Assembly (NCBI GenBank): GCA_965222155.1
Contig: CBDCTH010000004.1
Coordinates: forward strand, 416,001 to 480,000
Reading direction: 5' to 3'
DNA length: 64,000 bases
Origin: Gammaproteobacteria bacterium
GTDB lineage: Bacteria; Pseudomonadota; Gammaproteobacteria; Eutrophobiales; Eutrophobiaceae
Translations under genes and position numbers: made by a program
The notes under the pieces: generated by a model
The model's input: only the letters and a program-made list of their open reading frames with translations
The model's database searches: none
What the model was told of the DNA's origin: nothing
Shown: positions 9,524 to 18,630 of the stretch, in pieces
Layout: each line of letters opens with the position of its first letter
Position numbering within the stretch: the stretch's first letter is position 1

Positions 9524-9615
9524 GAATATTTGGGGTCAGAGTAAAAATACTCAACAATAAACCAGCGCCACCTGCCAGCCTGATTGTATTTTTACTCTGG
9601 CCCCATACATGTGTG
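9524..9615. repeat. GGGGTCAGAGTAAAAATAC...GTATTTTTACTCTGACCCC palindromic element
   Basis: Near-identical copy at ~11443..11534; related copies at ~36726..36811 and ~58183..58218. Confidence 0.75.
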
Positions 9616-9862
9616 AATCTGTTCGCAGCGACAATCTGGCGTGAGGGGCGCTCCACTCCTGCACGATGCAGGGGATCGTGATTTAAGAAAAAATTCTGTT
9701 CGCTATTGCAAGGACAAATGGATAAAGGGAAAACACAGCGAATTTCAAAACTTTTAATTCGGCTTGCATGTCAACATGGTTTTCCTGGTGGAAAAAGCCG
9801 CTTTTTACATGGATGGACAGGATAAGAGTATATTTTCCAAATAGCGCTCTTTTACTGTCAGG

Positions 9863-10399
9863 TCAACGCTGCTCATACTGACCCGGGGCTTCAGCTACGG
9901 CCTCTGCTACAACGCGCCGGCCGGTGATGGCTTCACGTAGGCCTTCAAACAAGCCTTGCAGGTGCGCTATGCCTACTTGTACATTTTTTATTTCTTCCCG
10001 TACGTCCTTGAATTCTGCCTGCATCTCTGTTCGTTGGGCCTGCATCTCTTCCCGCACGGCCTTGAACTCTTCTCGCACGGCTTTGAATTCTGCCTGGGTC
10101 TCTGTTCGTTGAGCCTGCATCTCTTCCCGCACTGCCTTGAACTCTTCCCGCACTGCCTTGAATTCTGCCTGGGTCTCCGTTCGTTGAGCCTACATCTCTT
10201 CCCGCACGGCCTTGAATTCTTCCCGCACGGCCTTGAATTCTGCCTGGGTCTCTGTTCGTTGGGACTGCATTTCTTCCCGTACGGCCTGTATTTCTTTCCG
10301 CTGGATACCCTGACCATTCAGGATGAGGGTGGCCAATCCTACGCTGACGCCGATAATTGTTATGCCGACGCTGATAATCGCTATTAATTCCATTGACAT
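9863..10399 (-). pseudogene. Inverted, divergent coiled-coil cassette paralog 5 (178 codons) with an in-frame TAG
   Basis: ORFs 10190..10399 and 9863..10153 share one frame. The TAG at 10190-92 replaces the CAG found in the neighbouring 75-bp (MQAQRTETQAEFKAVREEFKAVREE) repeats. Confidence 0.8.
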
Positions 10400-10872
10400 G
10401 TCGTGTTTCCCTCAGTCATCGTGTGTTGTCATCAGGTGTCCATTATGTCCCGGTTTTGAGCCATTTTCAATATAAAAGTACGTACTGATATTGTCATGTA
10501 GAAAATAAACCTGCCTGTTTTTCTAAGGAACTTAAAGAAAATAGGTATCCCGGATTACTTCCTGCTACACCATGTATGGGGCCAACACTTCCTTAAACCA
10601 GGACACCCATAAATCCTGTCCATCCTGTTAATCCATGTGAATTCAAGAGTAATCCAGCAAAGTAATCCAGGACACCCACAAATCATGATGGGTAGTGTCA
10701 ATATTTTCGTTATAAATGGATAACCTGCGGCGATTTGTGATAAAACCCACAAGCTCCTGGGAAAAATGTGTGGACAGGTTCAACGCATAGAATTATATTA
10801 AAGATAACTCAGAACCGGTAGATAACGGGCACGCGCTGACTACACACACAAGGAGACTAAGGAAAATACATC

Positions 10873-11256
10873 ATGTCAATGGAATTAATTGCCTTAATCG
10901 GTATCGGCGTGACGGTAATCAGTATCGGCGTTGCGCTGGCCACTCTTATTCTGAATACTCTACGCAACCTGCGGGCTGATATGCGAGCCCAGCGGGAGGA
11001 GACGCGGGCAGAATTCAAGGCCGGGCGGGTGGAGATGCGAGCCCAGCGGGAGGAGACGCAGGCAGAATTCAAGGCCATGCGGGAGGAGATTCAGGCCCAG
11101 CGGGAAGAAACGAAGACAGAATTCAAGACCCAGCGGGAAGCAATAATCAGTTTACTGGAACGCATGGCACACCTGGAAGGATTGCTTGAGGGTCTGCGAG
11201 AAGCGATCACAGGCCGACGCGTGGCTGAAGATGCAGGGAAATACGATCCGCGCTGA
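10873..11256 (+). CDS. Membrane-anchored coiled-coil protein, cassette paralog 6 (127 aa)
   Basis: Same family with three 18-residue-type stalk modules. Confidence 0.85.
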   Translation: MSMELIALIGIGVTVISIGVALATLILNTLRNLRADMRAQREETRAEFKAGRVEMRAQREETQAEFKAMREEIQAQREETKTEFKTQREAIISLLERMAHLEGLLEGLREAITGRRVAEDAGKYDPR

Positions 11257-11550
11257 ACACCGGCGCCAACCTCTCGCACATTGTCCAGAGTAATCCAGGA
11301 CACCCATAAATTATGTTGCCTTCAAAAGGTAGTTTCCCACATACTGTCAACCCAAGATAGAAATATCCCCATGTTGAGTAAGTCAGGGAGTGGTAGCGGT
11401 GGCGGAAGCAGGTGAGTGTTGCCGCCAGGGATAGTCAGATAAGAATATTTGGGGTCAGAGTAAAAATACTCAACCCTAAACCAGCGCCACCTGCCAGCCT
11501 GATTGTATTTTTACTCTGACCCCATACATGTGTGGGTCAAGCAACAGGGG

Positions 11551-11660
11551 TGTTAGGAACAAATAAACTGTCCGGTCCCGTATCGGTGTACGGGACAAGC
11601 TTTATCATGTTAGATTCCAGGAGGAATGATGACGCTGACAAGGTGGTTACAGGGGACGAG
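11551..11660 (+). mobile_element. Remnant left end of a second IS1202-like element
   Basis: TGTTAGGAACAAATAAACTGTCCG...TTTATCATGTTAG...GGAGGAATGATGACG aligns with the reverse complement of ~7510-7613. It encodes only MMTLTRWLQ. Confidence 0.65.
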
Positions 11661-11679
11661 TCACACGTTGACCTTCAGG

Positions 11680-12120
11680 TGAAGGTCCTGGACTATGAAG
11701 CACAGCGTCCGTCGGGCAAGGTGCAGCAGTTTACCTGGGTGACCGATAATTCCCTGCATAGCGACACCCTGATGCGGCGGCTGCGCGGGGCGCGGGCGCG
11801 TGGGAAGAGTGAGAACGAGACAGTTACACCCCTGAAGCACCCAGGCGACCACGTTGAGCATACCCTCCAACACGGCTATCAGCACCTGTCCACGGTGCTG
11901 GCGTACCTGATGAGGCTGGCGTGTCTGATTGACCCGGTGCAGCAGCACTGCTGCGGGCTGTTTCAACAGGGGGTGGCGAAGCAGGGCTGCAAGCGTGACT
12001 TCTAGGAGAAACTGCGCAGCGTCTTCTCCATCTGGTTGTTGCCGGACTGGGAGACGTTGTATCGGGGTGCTGGCCTATGGCGCCGCCCCGACCGTGGTGG
12101 TGCCGTATGATACCGCTTGA
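11680..12120 (+). pseudogene. Degenerate DDE transposase fragment
   Basis: FTWVTD...GARARGKSENETVTPLKHPGDHVEH...HGYQHLSTVLAYLM resembles the GRARWKIENETFNTLK motif of DDE transposases; stops and frameshifts present. Confidence 0.65.
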
Positions 12121-12841
12121 GGGCGGGCCGGGGTCGAGCAGTTCAGGGTTCTAACCCGCATATCTCCACCGGTTGCCTACCATGACCTGAATTCGAGTAT
12201 TTTTCAATGATTTTATCCAGTGTGTAGGTGCTCCCGCTAAATCGCGAACACAGGGGGGACGGATTTAAATCTGTCCCCCAAGTTCCGCTGACCATAAAGT
12301 GGCATGTTTCCCTGGTAGGGAGGGCGTCTCGCCCTCCACGAGGGGAAGATGCCCTCGATCCCGGGAGTTAGCGGGAACTGTTGTTCAGTGTGTAGACGCA
12401 TAGTCGTAATGTCCCCTTTTTGTTTGAGAGAGGAGAAGGACGTTGACCAAATAGAGGGTCATGAGCATGGCAGAAATAGAACGGTTATAGGTGATCTGCG
12501 AGGTAGAGCAGAAGCGTCTTCGACAACGTCCCCTTCTTTGCACATGGATTAACAGGATGGACAGGATTTATGGGTGTTCTGGTTTAAGGAAGTGTTGGAA
12601 ACTACCTTTTGAAGGCAGCGTGATTTATGGGTGTCCTGGATTACTGCTTACTTGTGCGGGAATGGTCAGTAGGCGGTACATTTTACCCCCAAAATGACCC
12701 TTTTAAGCTCATTTATAGTCCCGTTTTAGTATTTATCCATAATATAATCAATGTGTTATCCAGAGTCATAAGGGTCCGACCCTAGAAGTCCAGACTCTCG
12801 AAGGCTACAGATACGTCTATCTGATTTATGGGTGTCCTGGA

Positions 12842-13102
12842 TTACTCTGCTTTTCGGACAAACGTCTTATACATCTCGTCTCTCCAGCTATAAATGCGCT
12901 TGTAGCCTTCCGCTACCGTTTGCTCTACCTTGTCTATCCTGTCGGAAAGTTTATTGATATCGTCCTTGGTGGCCATGTTGGCGGCCATGTTGGCGAGGTC
13001 GTCCTTGGTGGCCAGGTGTGAGGTGGCGTCTTTTACCAGGTTGGAAAAGGCGCTGGCGAAGGCCTCCATGCTGCCATTCGGTTGGGCTTCTTGATTTATC
13101 AT
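12842..13102 (-). CDS. Small MATKDD coiled-coil protein, identical copy of 1992..2252
   Basis: Identical 86-aa translation inside the inverted duplication. Confidence 0.8.
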   Translation of the reverse strand: MINQEAQPNGSMEAFASAFSNLVKDATSHLATKDDLANMAANMATKDDINKLSDRIDKVEQTVAEGYKRIYSWRDEMYKTFVRKAE

Positions 13103-13555
13103 CGGGTGTACCTCCTTTTCTTACAACTTCCAGTTAATCGTTCAGGCAGTGTAGCTTGGCTGAGGCTCGTTGTCAATCGGGTTTTAACACTGCGCATTGT
13201 GCGACCTGACCCCGATCACTCCAGCTATAAATGCGCTTGTAGCCTTCCGCTACCGTTTGCTCTACCTTGTCTATCCTGTCGGAAAGTTTATTGATATCGT
13301 CCTTGGTGGCCATGTTGGCGGCCATGTTGGCGAGGTCGTCCTTGGTGGCCAGGTGTGAGGTGGCGTCTTTTACCAGGTTGGAAAAGGCGCTGGCGAAGGC
13401 CTCCATGCTGCCATTCGGTTGGGCTTCTTGATTTATCATCGGGTGTACCTCCTTTTCTTACAACTTCCAGTTAATCGTTCAGGCAGTGTAGCTTGGCTGA
13501 GGCTCGTTGTCAATCGGGTTTTAACACTGCGCATTGTGCGACCTGACCCCGATCA
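12882..13555. repeat. 337-bp tandem duplication of promoter plus MATKDD gene
   Basis: 12882..13218 matches 13219..13555. Confidence 0.85.
13173..13439 (-). CDS. MATKDD protein copy with a new C-terminus created by the duplication junction
   Basis: Identical to the other copies up to ...KRIYSW, then reads into the GGGGTCAGGTCGCAC repeat. Confidence 0.6.
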   Translation of the reverse strand: MINQEAQPNGSMEAFASAFSNLVKDATSHLATKDDLANMAANMATKDDINKLSDRIDKVEQTVAEGYKRIYSWSDRGQVAQCAVLKPD

Positions 13556-13590
13556 CTCGATCACTCCATTTGTCACCGACCCCTTTTAAT

Positions 13591-13638
13591 AAAACAGAGG
13601 CCGATTTAACCGGGTTGTGCCCGGTTAAACCGCCCCTG
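13591..13638 (-). terminator. Probable intrinsic terminator of the second RTX gene
   Basis: CAGGGGCGGTTTAACCGGG-CACAA-CCCGGTTAAATCGGCCTCTGTTTT on the minus strand. Confidence 0.6.
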
Positions 13639-13689
13639 TGATCGTTTACTTCCGTGAATTCAGGAAGATGGCTTCAATGCTCAGGTTGA

Positions 13690-16600
13690 TCAGAGGATGA
13701 AAACATCATCTGTCAGATTGTCATCTGCTAGGCTGACTATACTACCTTCTAGATATATCTCCAACTCTTTAGCGTCCTCAACGCTATTATCTTGTATTCC
13801 AATTTTCCCTCCGCCAAAATCAGTCAGATCGATTACGACGCTTTTCCCTCGTACTTCTATGATATCCTTCAGAGCATCAGCATTAAGGTTTCTGAAAGCT
13901 GACAGGTCAATGCGATCGGCGATATCACGATCGAACTCCAAGATGAGATCATCCCCATGTCCATCATCGGGGCTGAATACGAAAGTGTCATTGCCATCGC
14001 CGCCATCCAGTATGTCATCGCCAGCGCCGCCATTCAGTGTGTCATCGCCATCACCGCCATCCAGTGTGTCTTTGCCGGCACCGCCGTACAGCATGTCATT
14101 ATCGCTGCCGCCTCCCAGTTTGTCATCACCGGCGTCGCCCATCAGTGTGTCATCGCCATCACCACCCTCCAGCGTGTCACCGCCATCACCGCCCTTGAGG
14201 GTATTGGCATTTCTGTCTCCAGTCAGAAAATCAACTTGAGCAGACCCGGTAAGGTTCTCGATATTGGAAAGCACATCGCCAGCGGCGCCATTTTCGGCAG
14301 CAGCATCACCAGTACCAATTTCGTCTCCAATGATGTCTTTGCCCAAAGTCACAGCAACGCCTGCTCCTGATGCTTCATAGGATACGGTATCACCGTCTTC
14401 CTTATCACCGTCCTTTGGATTATCCATATTGTGGCCACCGCCATTAATCACGTCGACCCCTTCACTGGCAATAAACGTATCATCATTTGCAGACCCCTCG
14501 ACTTTCTCAATATTGACAAGCGTATCGCCATCGGCATCGCCTGCGGTACCTCTGCCGGTAGCCAGGTTCACCGTCACTCCCGCCTCTGCGTCGGTGTAAG
14601 ATGCGATATCCATAGAAGCATCGTTTTCCCCTGGATCTTCTCCACCATCAAGCCTGTCGGCGCCAGGGCCGCCGTTAAGCGTATCCGCTCCGGCACCGCC
14701 CTTGAGGGTATCATCACCGGCGTTGCCGGTGATGATGTTGTCCCTGTAGTCACCGGCCAATGTGTCATTATGCATAGAGCCGGTAGCGTTCTCGAAGGTG
14801 GAGACGTCAATTTCGTCTGTCGGATTGTTGTCGTCTTTGTCCCCATCATGGTCCGTTTCAACAGTCGCAATAGTATCGCCGTTGGCATGACCGCCGGAAA
14901 CCCTGGCGCTAGCCAGGTTTACCGTGACGCCAGCGTTCGAACTCGCATAGGACAAGGTATCTTTGAGATCCGAGACTTGATTATCTGCCTTAGACTCACC
15001 ACCGTCCAACTCGTCGGCTCCGGCACCGCCTTCCAGTGTATCAGCGCCCAAGCCACCGACCAGCTCATCATCACCATCACCGCCCTTGAGCACGTTGTCT
15101 CCGCCGTTGCCGGTCAGGTCGTCATCGTGAGTAGACCCAGCGATATTTTTGAAGCCAGTGGCTTCATCGCCTGAAGCGTGACCCCTGGAGGCAATTGCAG
15201 CCTCATCGTCGCCATCACGCAGCGTTACCCTGACCCAGTCATCCGAGCTGGCATAGGACAAGGTGTCCTCTCCTCCTCCACCTTTAAGAGTATCACCACC
15301 CTCGCCGCCTTCAATGATGTTATCTTCTGTATCACCGGTCAGCGTGTCGTCGCCCTGAGACCCGATAATGTTCTCAACGTTCTCAATCTTTACGTTACTC
15401 GCAGATTCTGTATCTCCAAGGATCCTGATAACTCCTTCCTCTAACTTCGCATAAGATACGGTGTCGTTTTTACCATTATCAGTTGTGTCGTCTTGATCAT
15501 CACCATCAATCGCCTTGTCATCCTTATCTGCGTGAATGGTATCATCACCAGCGCCGCCCTCGTAGGTGTCTTCACCCGGGCCGCCCCAGAGCACGTCATT
15601 GCCGTCGCCGCCTTCCAGCGTGTCTTCGCCGGCACCGCCGAACAACATGTCATCGCCAGCATCACCATGCAGCGTGTCCTTGTTAGTGTCGTCACCTTCG
15701 CCATCACCACCACCCGGGCCACCGTACAGCTTATCGTTGCCAGCGCCACCCTTGATTACGTTATCCCTGAAGTCGCCCGCCAGTATATCGTCGTGAGCAG
15801 AACCCTTAAGATTAATTATATCGGGGAGGTCTTCATCTTGATCATCGCCATCTTCATCCGTATACTTCGCAGTTACCATCCCGCCAAAGGTATCGCCTTC
15901 GGCGTCGCCGCCCATGGCCTTGGAAGCATGAAGACGTACCGTCACGGCCATCTCCGAACTGGCGTAGGACGCGGTATTGTCACCCTTGCCGCCGGTCAGT
16001 TCGTCCGCGCCGGCGCCGCCTTCCAGCGTGTCATTGTCATCTCCACCGTCCAGAGCATCGTCACCGGGGCCGCCAGACAGGGTGTCATCGCCGGCGCCAC
16101 CGTTCAGTTCATCATTGCCACCCAAGCCCCAGAGTTTGTTGCCCACATCATTACCGGTGAGCCGGTCATCATACATGGAACCCTGAACGTTCTCGATCTG
16201 ATCACCCTTCTCGTCAACAATCTCATCTCCATCGGCGTCGCCACCCTTGGCCGTGCCGGTGAGCAGGTTTATGGTGACGCCCTTTATTGATTTCTCGTAA
16301 GATATCGTGTCATCGCCGCCGCCGCCACTGAGCGTATCGGCGCCCGAACCGCCTACGAGCAGGTCATCACCGTCGCCGCCTTTCAAATCGTCGTTACCGC
16401 TTCCGCCCTTCAATTCGTCGTTACCTTTACCCCCATCAATCTTCTCTCCTGCGTCGGTGCCGTCGAGTTTGTCTGCCAAATCAGTACCGGTAATATCCGC
16501 AGGACCTACGGCCTTCTCTGTCACCGTAACCGTGTAAGCGCCCTTATTGTCCACTAGCGGGTTACCCGTATAGGCGCTGACGCTGATGTAGTATTTGGCG

Positions 16601-16932
16601 TCCTCTTCCGGGGTGAACATCACTTGCGAGTTGAGCATCCCCTTGGCGCCGTCAACGTCGTCATTATCTTCAACAATGCCACCCTTTGAATCGAGGAGTT
16701 TCAGGATGGTGTCATTCACTCCACCCGTATCATCGCCTTTCACGCCGATTGTGTACTCTTTCCCCGCTCGCAAATCAATTACGATCCAGTCTACATCGGA
16801 CGAGTCGTTAAGTGTGCCCGTAAACGTGTTATTTTTCTCATCGAATGAACCATCAGAATGCGGTGCGAAGCCGAACTCGGTGTCGAGAGCTGCAGGCGCA
16901 TCTTGCGGTGATTTCTCAATTGAAATTGGCAT
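13690..16932 (-). CDS. RTX Ca2+-binding surface protein with an N-terminal PPC-like domain (1080 aa), T1SS substrate
   Basis: PPC-like DVDWIVIDL..G..YTI...DTILKLLD...YYISVSAY...GAYTVTV; many GGxGxD nonapeptides; no signal peptide; T1SS genes 2 kb away. Confidence 0.92.
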   Translation of the reverse strand: MPISIEKSPQDAPAALDTEFGFAPHSDGSFDEKNNTFTGTLNDSSDVDWIVIDLRAGKEYTIGVKGDDTGGVNDTILKLLDSKGGIVEDNDDVDGAKGMLNSQVMFTPEEDAKYYISVSAYTGNPLVDNKGAYTVTVTEKAVGPADITGTDLADKLDGTDAGEKIDGGKGNDELKGGSGNDDLKGGDGDDLLVGGSGADTLSGGGGDDTISYEKSIKGVTINLLTGTAKGGDADGDEIVDEKGDQIENVQGSMYDDRLTGNDVGNKLWGLGGNDELNGGAGDDTLSGGPGDDALDGGDDNDTLEGGAGADELTGGKGDNTASYASSEMAVTVRLHASKAMGGDAEGDTFGGMVTAKYTDEDGDDQDEDLPDIINLKGSAHDDILAGDFRDNVIKGGAGNDKLYGGPGGGDGEGDDTNKDTLHGDAGDDMLFGGAGEDTLEGGDGNDVLWGGPGEDTYEGGAGDDTIHADKDDKAIDGDDQDDTTDNGKNDTVSYAKLEEGVIRILGDTESASNVKIENVENIIGSQGDDTLTGDTEDNIIEGGEGGDTLKGGGGEDTLSYASSDDWVRVTLRDGDDEAAIASRGHASGDEATGFKNIAGSTHDDDLTGNGGDNVLKGGDGDDELVGGLGADTLEGGAGADELDGGESKADNQVSDLKDTLSYASSNAGVTVNLASARVSGGHANGDTIATVETDHDGDKDDNNPTDEIDVSTFENATGSMHNDTLAGDYRDNIITGNAGDDTLKGGAGADTLNGGPGADRLDGGEDPGENDASMDIASYTDAEAGVTVNLATGRGTAGDADGDTLVNIEKVEGSANDDTFIASEGVDVINGGGHNMDNPKDGDKEDGDTVSYEASGAGVAVTLGKDIIGDEIGTGDAAAENGAAGDVLSNIENLTGSAQVDFLTGDRNANTLKGGDGGDTLEGGDGDDTLMGDAGDDKLGGGSDNDMLYGGAGKDTLDGGDGDDTLNGGAGDDILDGGDGNDTFVFSPDDGHGDDLILEFDRDIADRIDLSAFRNLNADALKDIIEVRGKSVVIDLTDFGGGKIGIQDNSVEDAKELEIYLEGSIVSLADDNLTDDVFIL

Positions 16933-17104
16933 AACTTTTTTCTCCTGTGCTATCAGATAGAAGTAAACGAATTCTTTTGGTTTATCGCATTACCAAGCAA
17001 TAAAAGCGCCGTGATTGACAGTTATGACCTCTTATATTGATATACTCCACAATTTTCTTGCAGTGAAGCGTCAATAAAATGAACCAACTTTGAGGATGTT
17101 AATC

Positions 17105-18073
17105 ATGATGAAACCAATCGAAAGCGAGAACAGTTTTTATGAGGACGTGCTTTTTTCAGCATTAGCGAACAATACCCGTATTGCCTACAACAAGGGCTGG
17201 TCCTGTTTTCAAGACTACTGCGTGGAGACAGACGTCAATCCATTATCTGCGACGCCCGCTCAGGTAGCTGAATTTTTTATTGACCTTGGGTCACGCGCCA
17301 ATACATCCAGCGGGAAAAAGTTATCAGTTGGCACACTTATTCTGTATAGGAGCGCGATAAACAGGCAGTATGTGGAAGCATACAAACCTTCACCCACCAA
17401 CCATCCAAAGGTGAATGCCGTCCTGAAAGGATTGGCGCGGATGCGCGGAACTGCGCCGCGCCGGGTGCAGGCTTTGCGGGAGTATCATATCTTGTGTATG
17501 TTGGAGCAGTGTGGAAACAGCCTGATCGGGCTGCGCAACGCGGCGATTATTTCGCTTGGTTTCTCGGGTGCCTTACGCAGGTCTGAAATATGCGCTCTCA
17601 CTATCGACGATATTCAAATCATTCCGCCACTCAATGGAGACGATGCCCGTAAAATGTTTGTTCATATCCGAAAATCGAAAACAGATCAGGAAGGGAGGGG
17701 ACAACGCATCGCTATTCCGGAGGGTCAACGGATAAAACCGATAAAACGATTGGATGATTGGCTTCAGGCGTCAGGCATCACGCAGGGGTACGTGTTCCAG
17801 ACGATGAGACGTGGGGGTCATTTGCGTGGACGTCCTTTGCATCATTCGGATATTCCTCGACTGCTGAAGCACTACGCCAAAGCTATTGGTCTGAACCCCG
17901 GTGAGATCGCCGGCCACTCACTACGGGCAGGCTTTGTGACCAGTGCGGCTGTTCACCATGCGCGTCTGGACAAAATCATGGAAATTACGCGACACAGCAA
18001 CCCGGAAACGGTCATGAGATACATTCGGGACGTGGAGTTATTCAGAGATCACGCCGGAAAGGATTTTTTGTAA
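17105..18073 (+). CDS. Tyrosine recombinase/integrase
   Basis: N-terminal NTRIAY...W..F core-binding region; catalytic R (LRRSEI), K (SKTDQ), H-x-x-R (GHSLRAG), H (TRHS) and Y (MRYIR). Confidence 0.92.
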   Translation: MMKPIESENSFYEDVLFSALANNTRIAYNKGWSCFQDYCVETDVNPLSATPAQVAEFFIDLGSRANTSSGKKLSVGTLILYRSAINRQYVEAYKPSPTNHPKVNAVLKGLARMRGTAPRRVQALREYHILCMLEQCGNSLIGLRNAAIISLGFSGALRRSEICALTIDDIQIIPPLNGDDARKMFVHIRKSKTDQEGRGQRIAIPEGQRIKPIKRLDDWLQASGITQGYVFQTMRRGGHLRGRPLHHSDIPRLLKHYAKAIGLNPGEIAGHSLRAGFVTSAAVHHARLDKIMEITRHSNPETVMRYIRDVELFRDHAGKDFL

Positions 18074-18201
18074 GACATAAGTGCCCTCCTTCAGGCTCAT
18101 TTCATATTGGAAAATACTCATATTGAAAATATCCCAAATTCGGGAGATAATAGACACCACGATGTCTAAGTGAAACGCAACATGTTAACGGAGGATAACC
18201 A

Positions 18202-18630
18202 ATGACGGATCAACAAGACAAACTTAACGGCAGCGCGCAAACATTTATCCGCGCGTTTTCCGACCTGATAAAGGATGCCACGTCTCACTTGGCCACCAAG
18301 GATGACATAGCCAACATGGCCACCAAGGATGACATAGCCAACATGGCCACCAAGGACGACATAGCCAACATGGCCACCAAGGACGACATAGCCAACATGG
18401 CCACCAAGGACGATATAGCCAACATGGCCACCAAGGACGATATAGCCAACATGGCCACCAAGGACGATATAAATCAACTTTCAGACAGGATAGACAGGGT
18501 GGAGACCCACCTCAACCGGCAAATAGTCACGACCAATAAAAACATGCAGGCGCAGTTTGCCCAACAGGAGAAGAAAATCGCCGAGATTAATAGAAAGCTG
18601 GACGAAGCCGGCTATATGAACACGCGCTGA
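18202..18630 (+). CDS. Coiled-coil protein with IANMATKDD nonad repeats (142 aa), paralog of 1992..2252
   Basis: RBS GGAGG; shares the FSDLIKDATSHLATKDD head; ATKDDIANM x6 followed by ATKDDINQL. Confidence 0.85.
   Translation: MTDQQDKLNGSAQTFIRAFSDLIKDATSHLATKDDIANMATKDDIANMATKDDIANMATKDDIANMATKDDIANMATKDDIANMATKDDINQLSDRIDRVETHLNRQIVTTNKNMQAQFAQQEKKIAEINRKLDEAGYMNTR
18290..18471 (+). repeat. 27-bp coding tandem repeat, about 6.7 units
   Basis: TGGCCACCAAGGAYGAYATAGCCAACA units. Confidence 0.92.

Larger units (their letters stand above)
2247..12845. repeat. Dispersed array of about 24 copies of the (GA)GTAATCCAGGACACCCAYAAAT repeat
   Basis: Forward copies at about 2247, 2343, 2988, 3048, 3112, 3173, 3218, 4775, 6008, 6066, 6122, 8056, 8110, 8166, 8682, 8742, 8858, 9497, 10596, 10662 and 11289. 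Reverse copies at about 12566, 12623 and 12824. Confidence 0.9.

Noticed and set aside
10190-10192. Pyrrolysine or readthrough TAG
   Set aside because: It is a single C>T change from the CAG in sister repeats, and no pyl genes are seen.
7728-11256. Diversity-generating retroelement
   Set aside because: No reverse transcriptase is present, and the variation is in module number rather than adenine-specific substitution.
2247-18073. Classical integron
   Set aside because: No attC (RYYYAAC...GTTRRRY) structures were recognised, the recombinase shows no IntI-like features I can see, and the cassettes have their own promoters.
17105-18630. Prophage or ICE boundary
   Set aside because: No phage or conjugation genes, tRNA or att duplication is visible.
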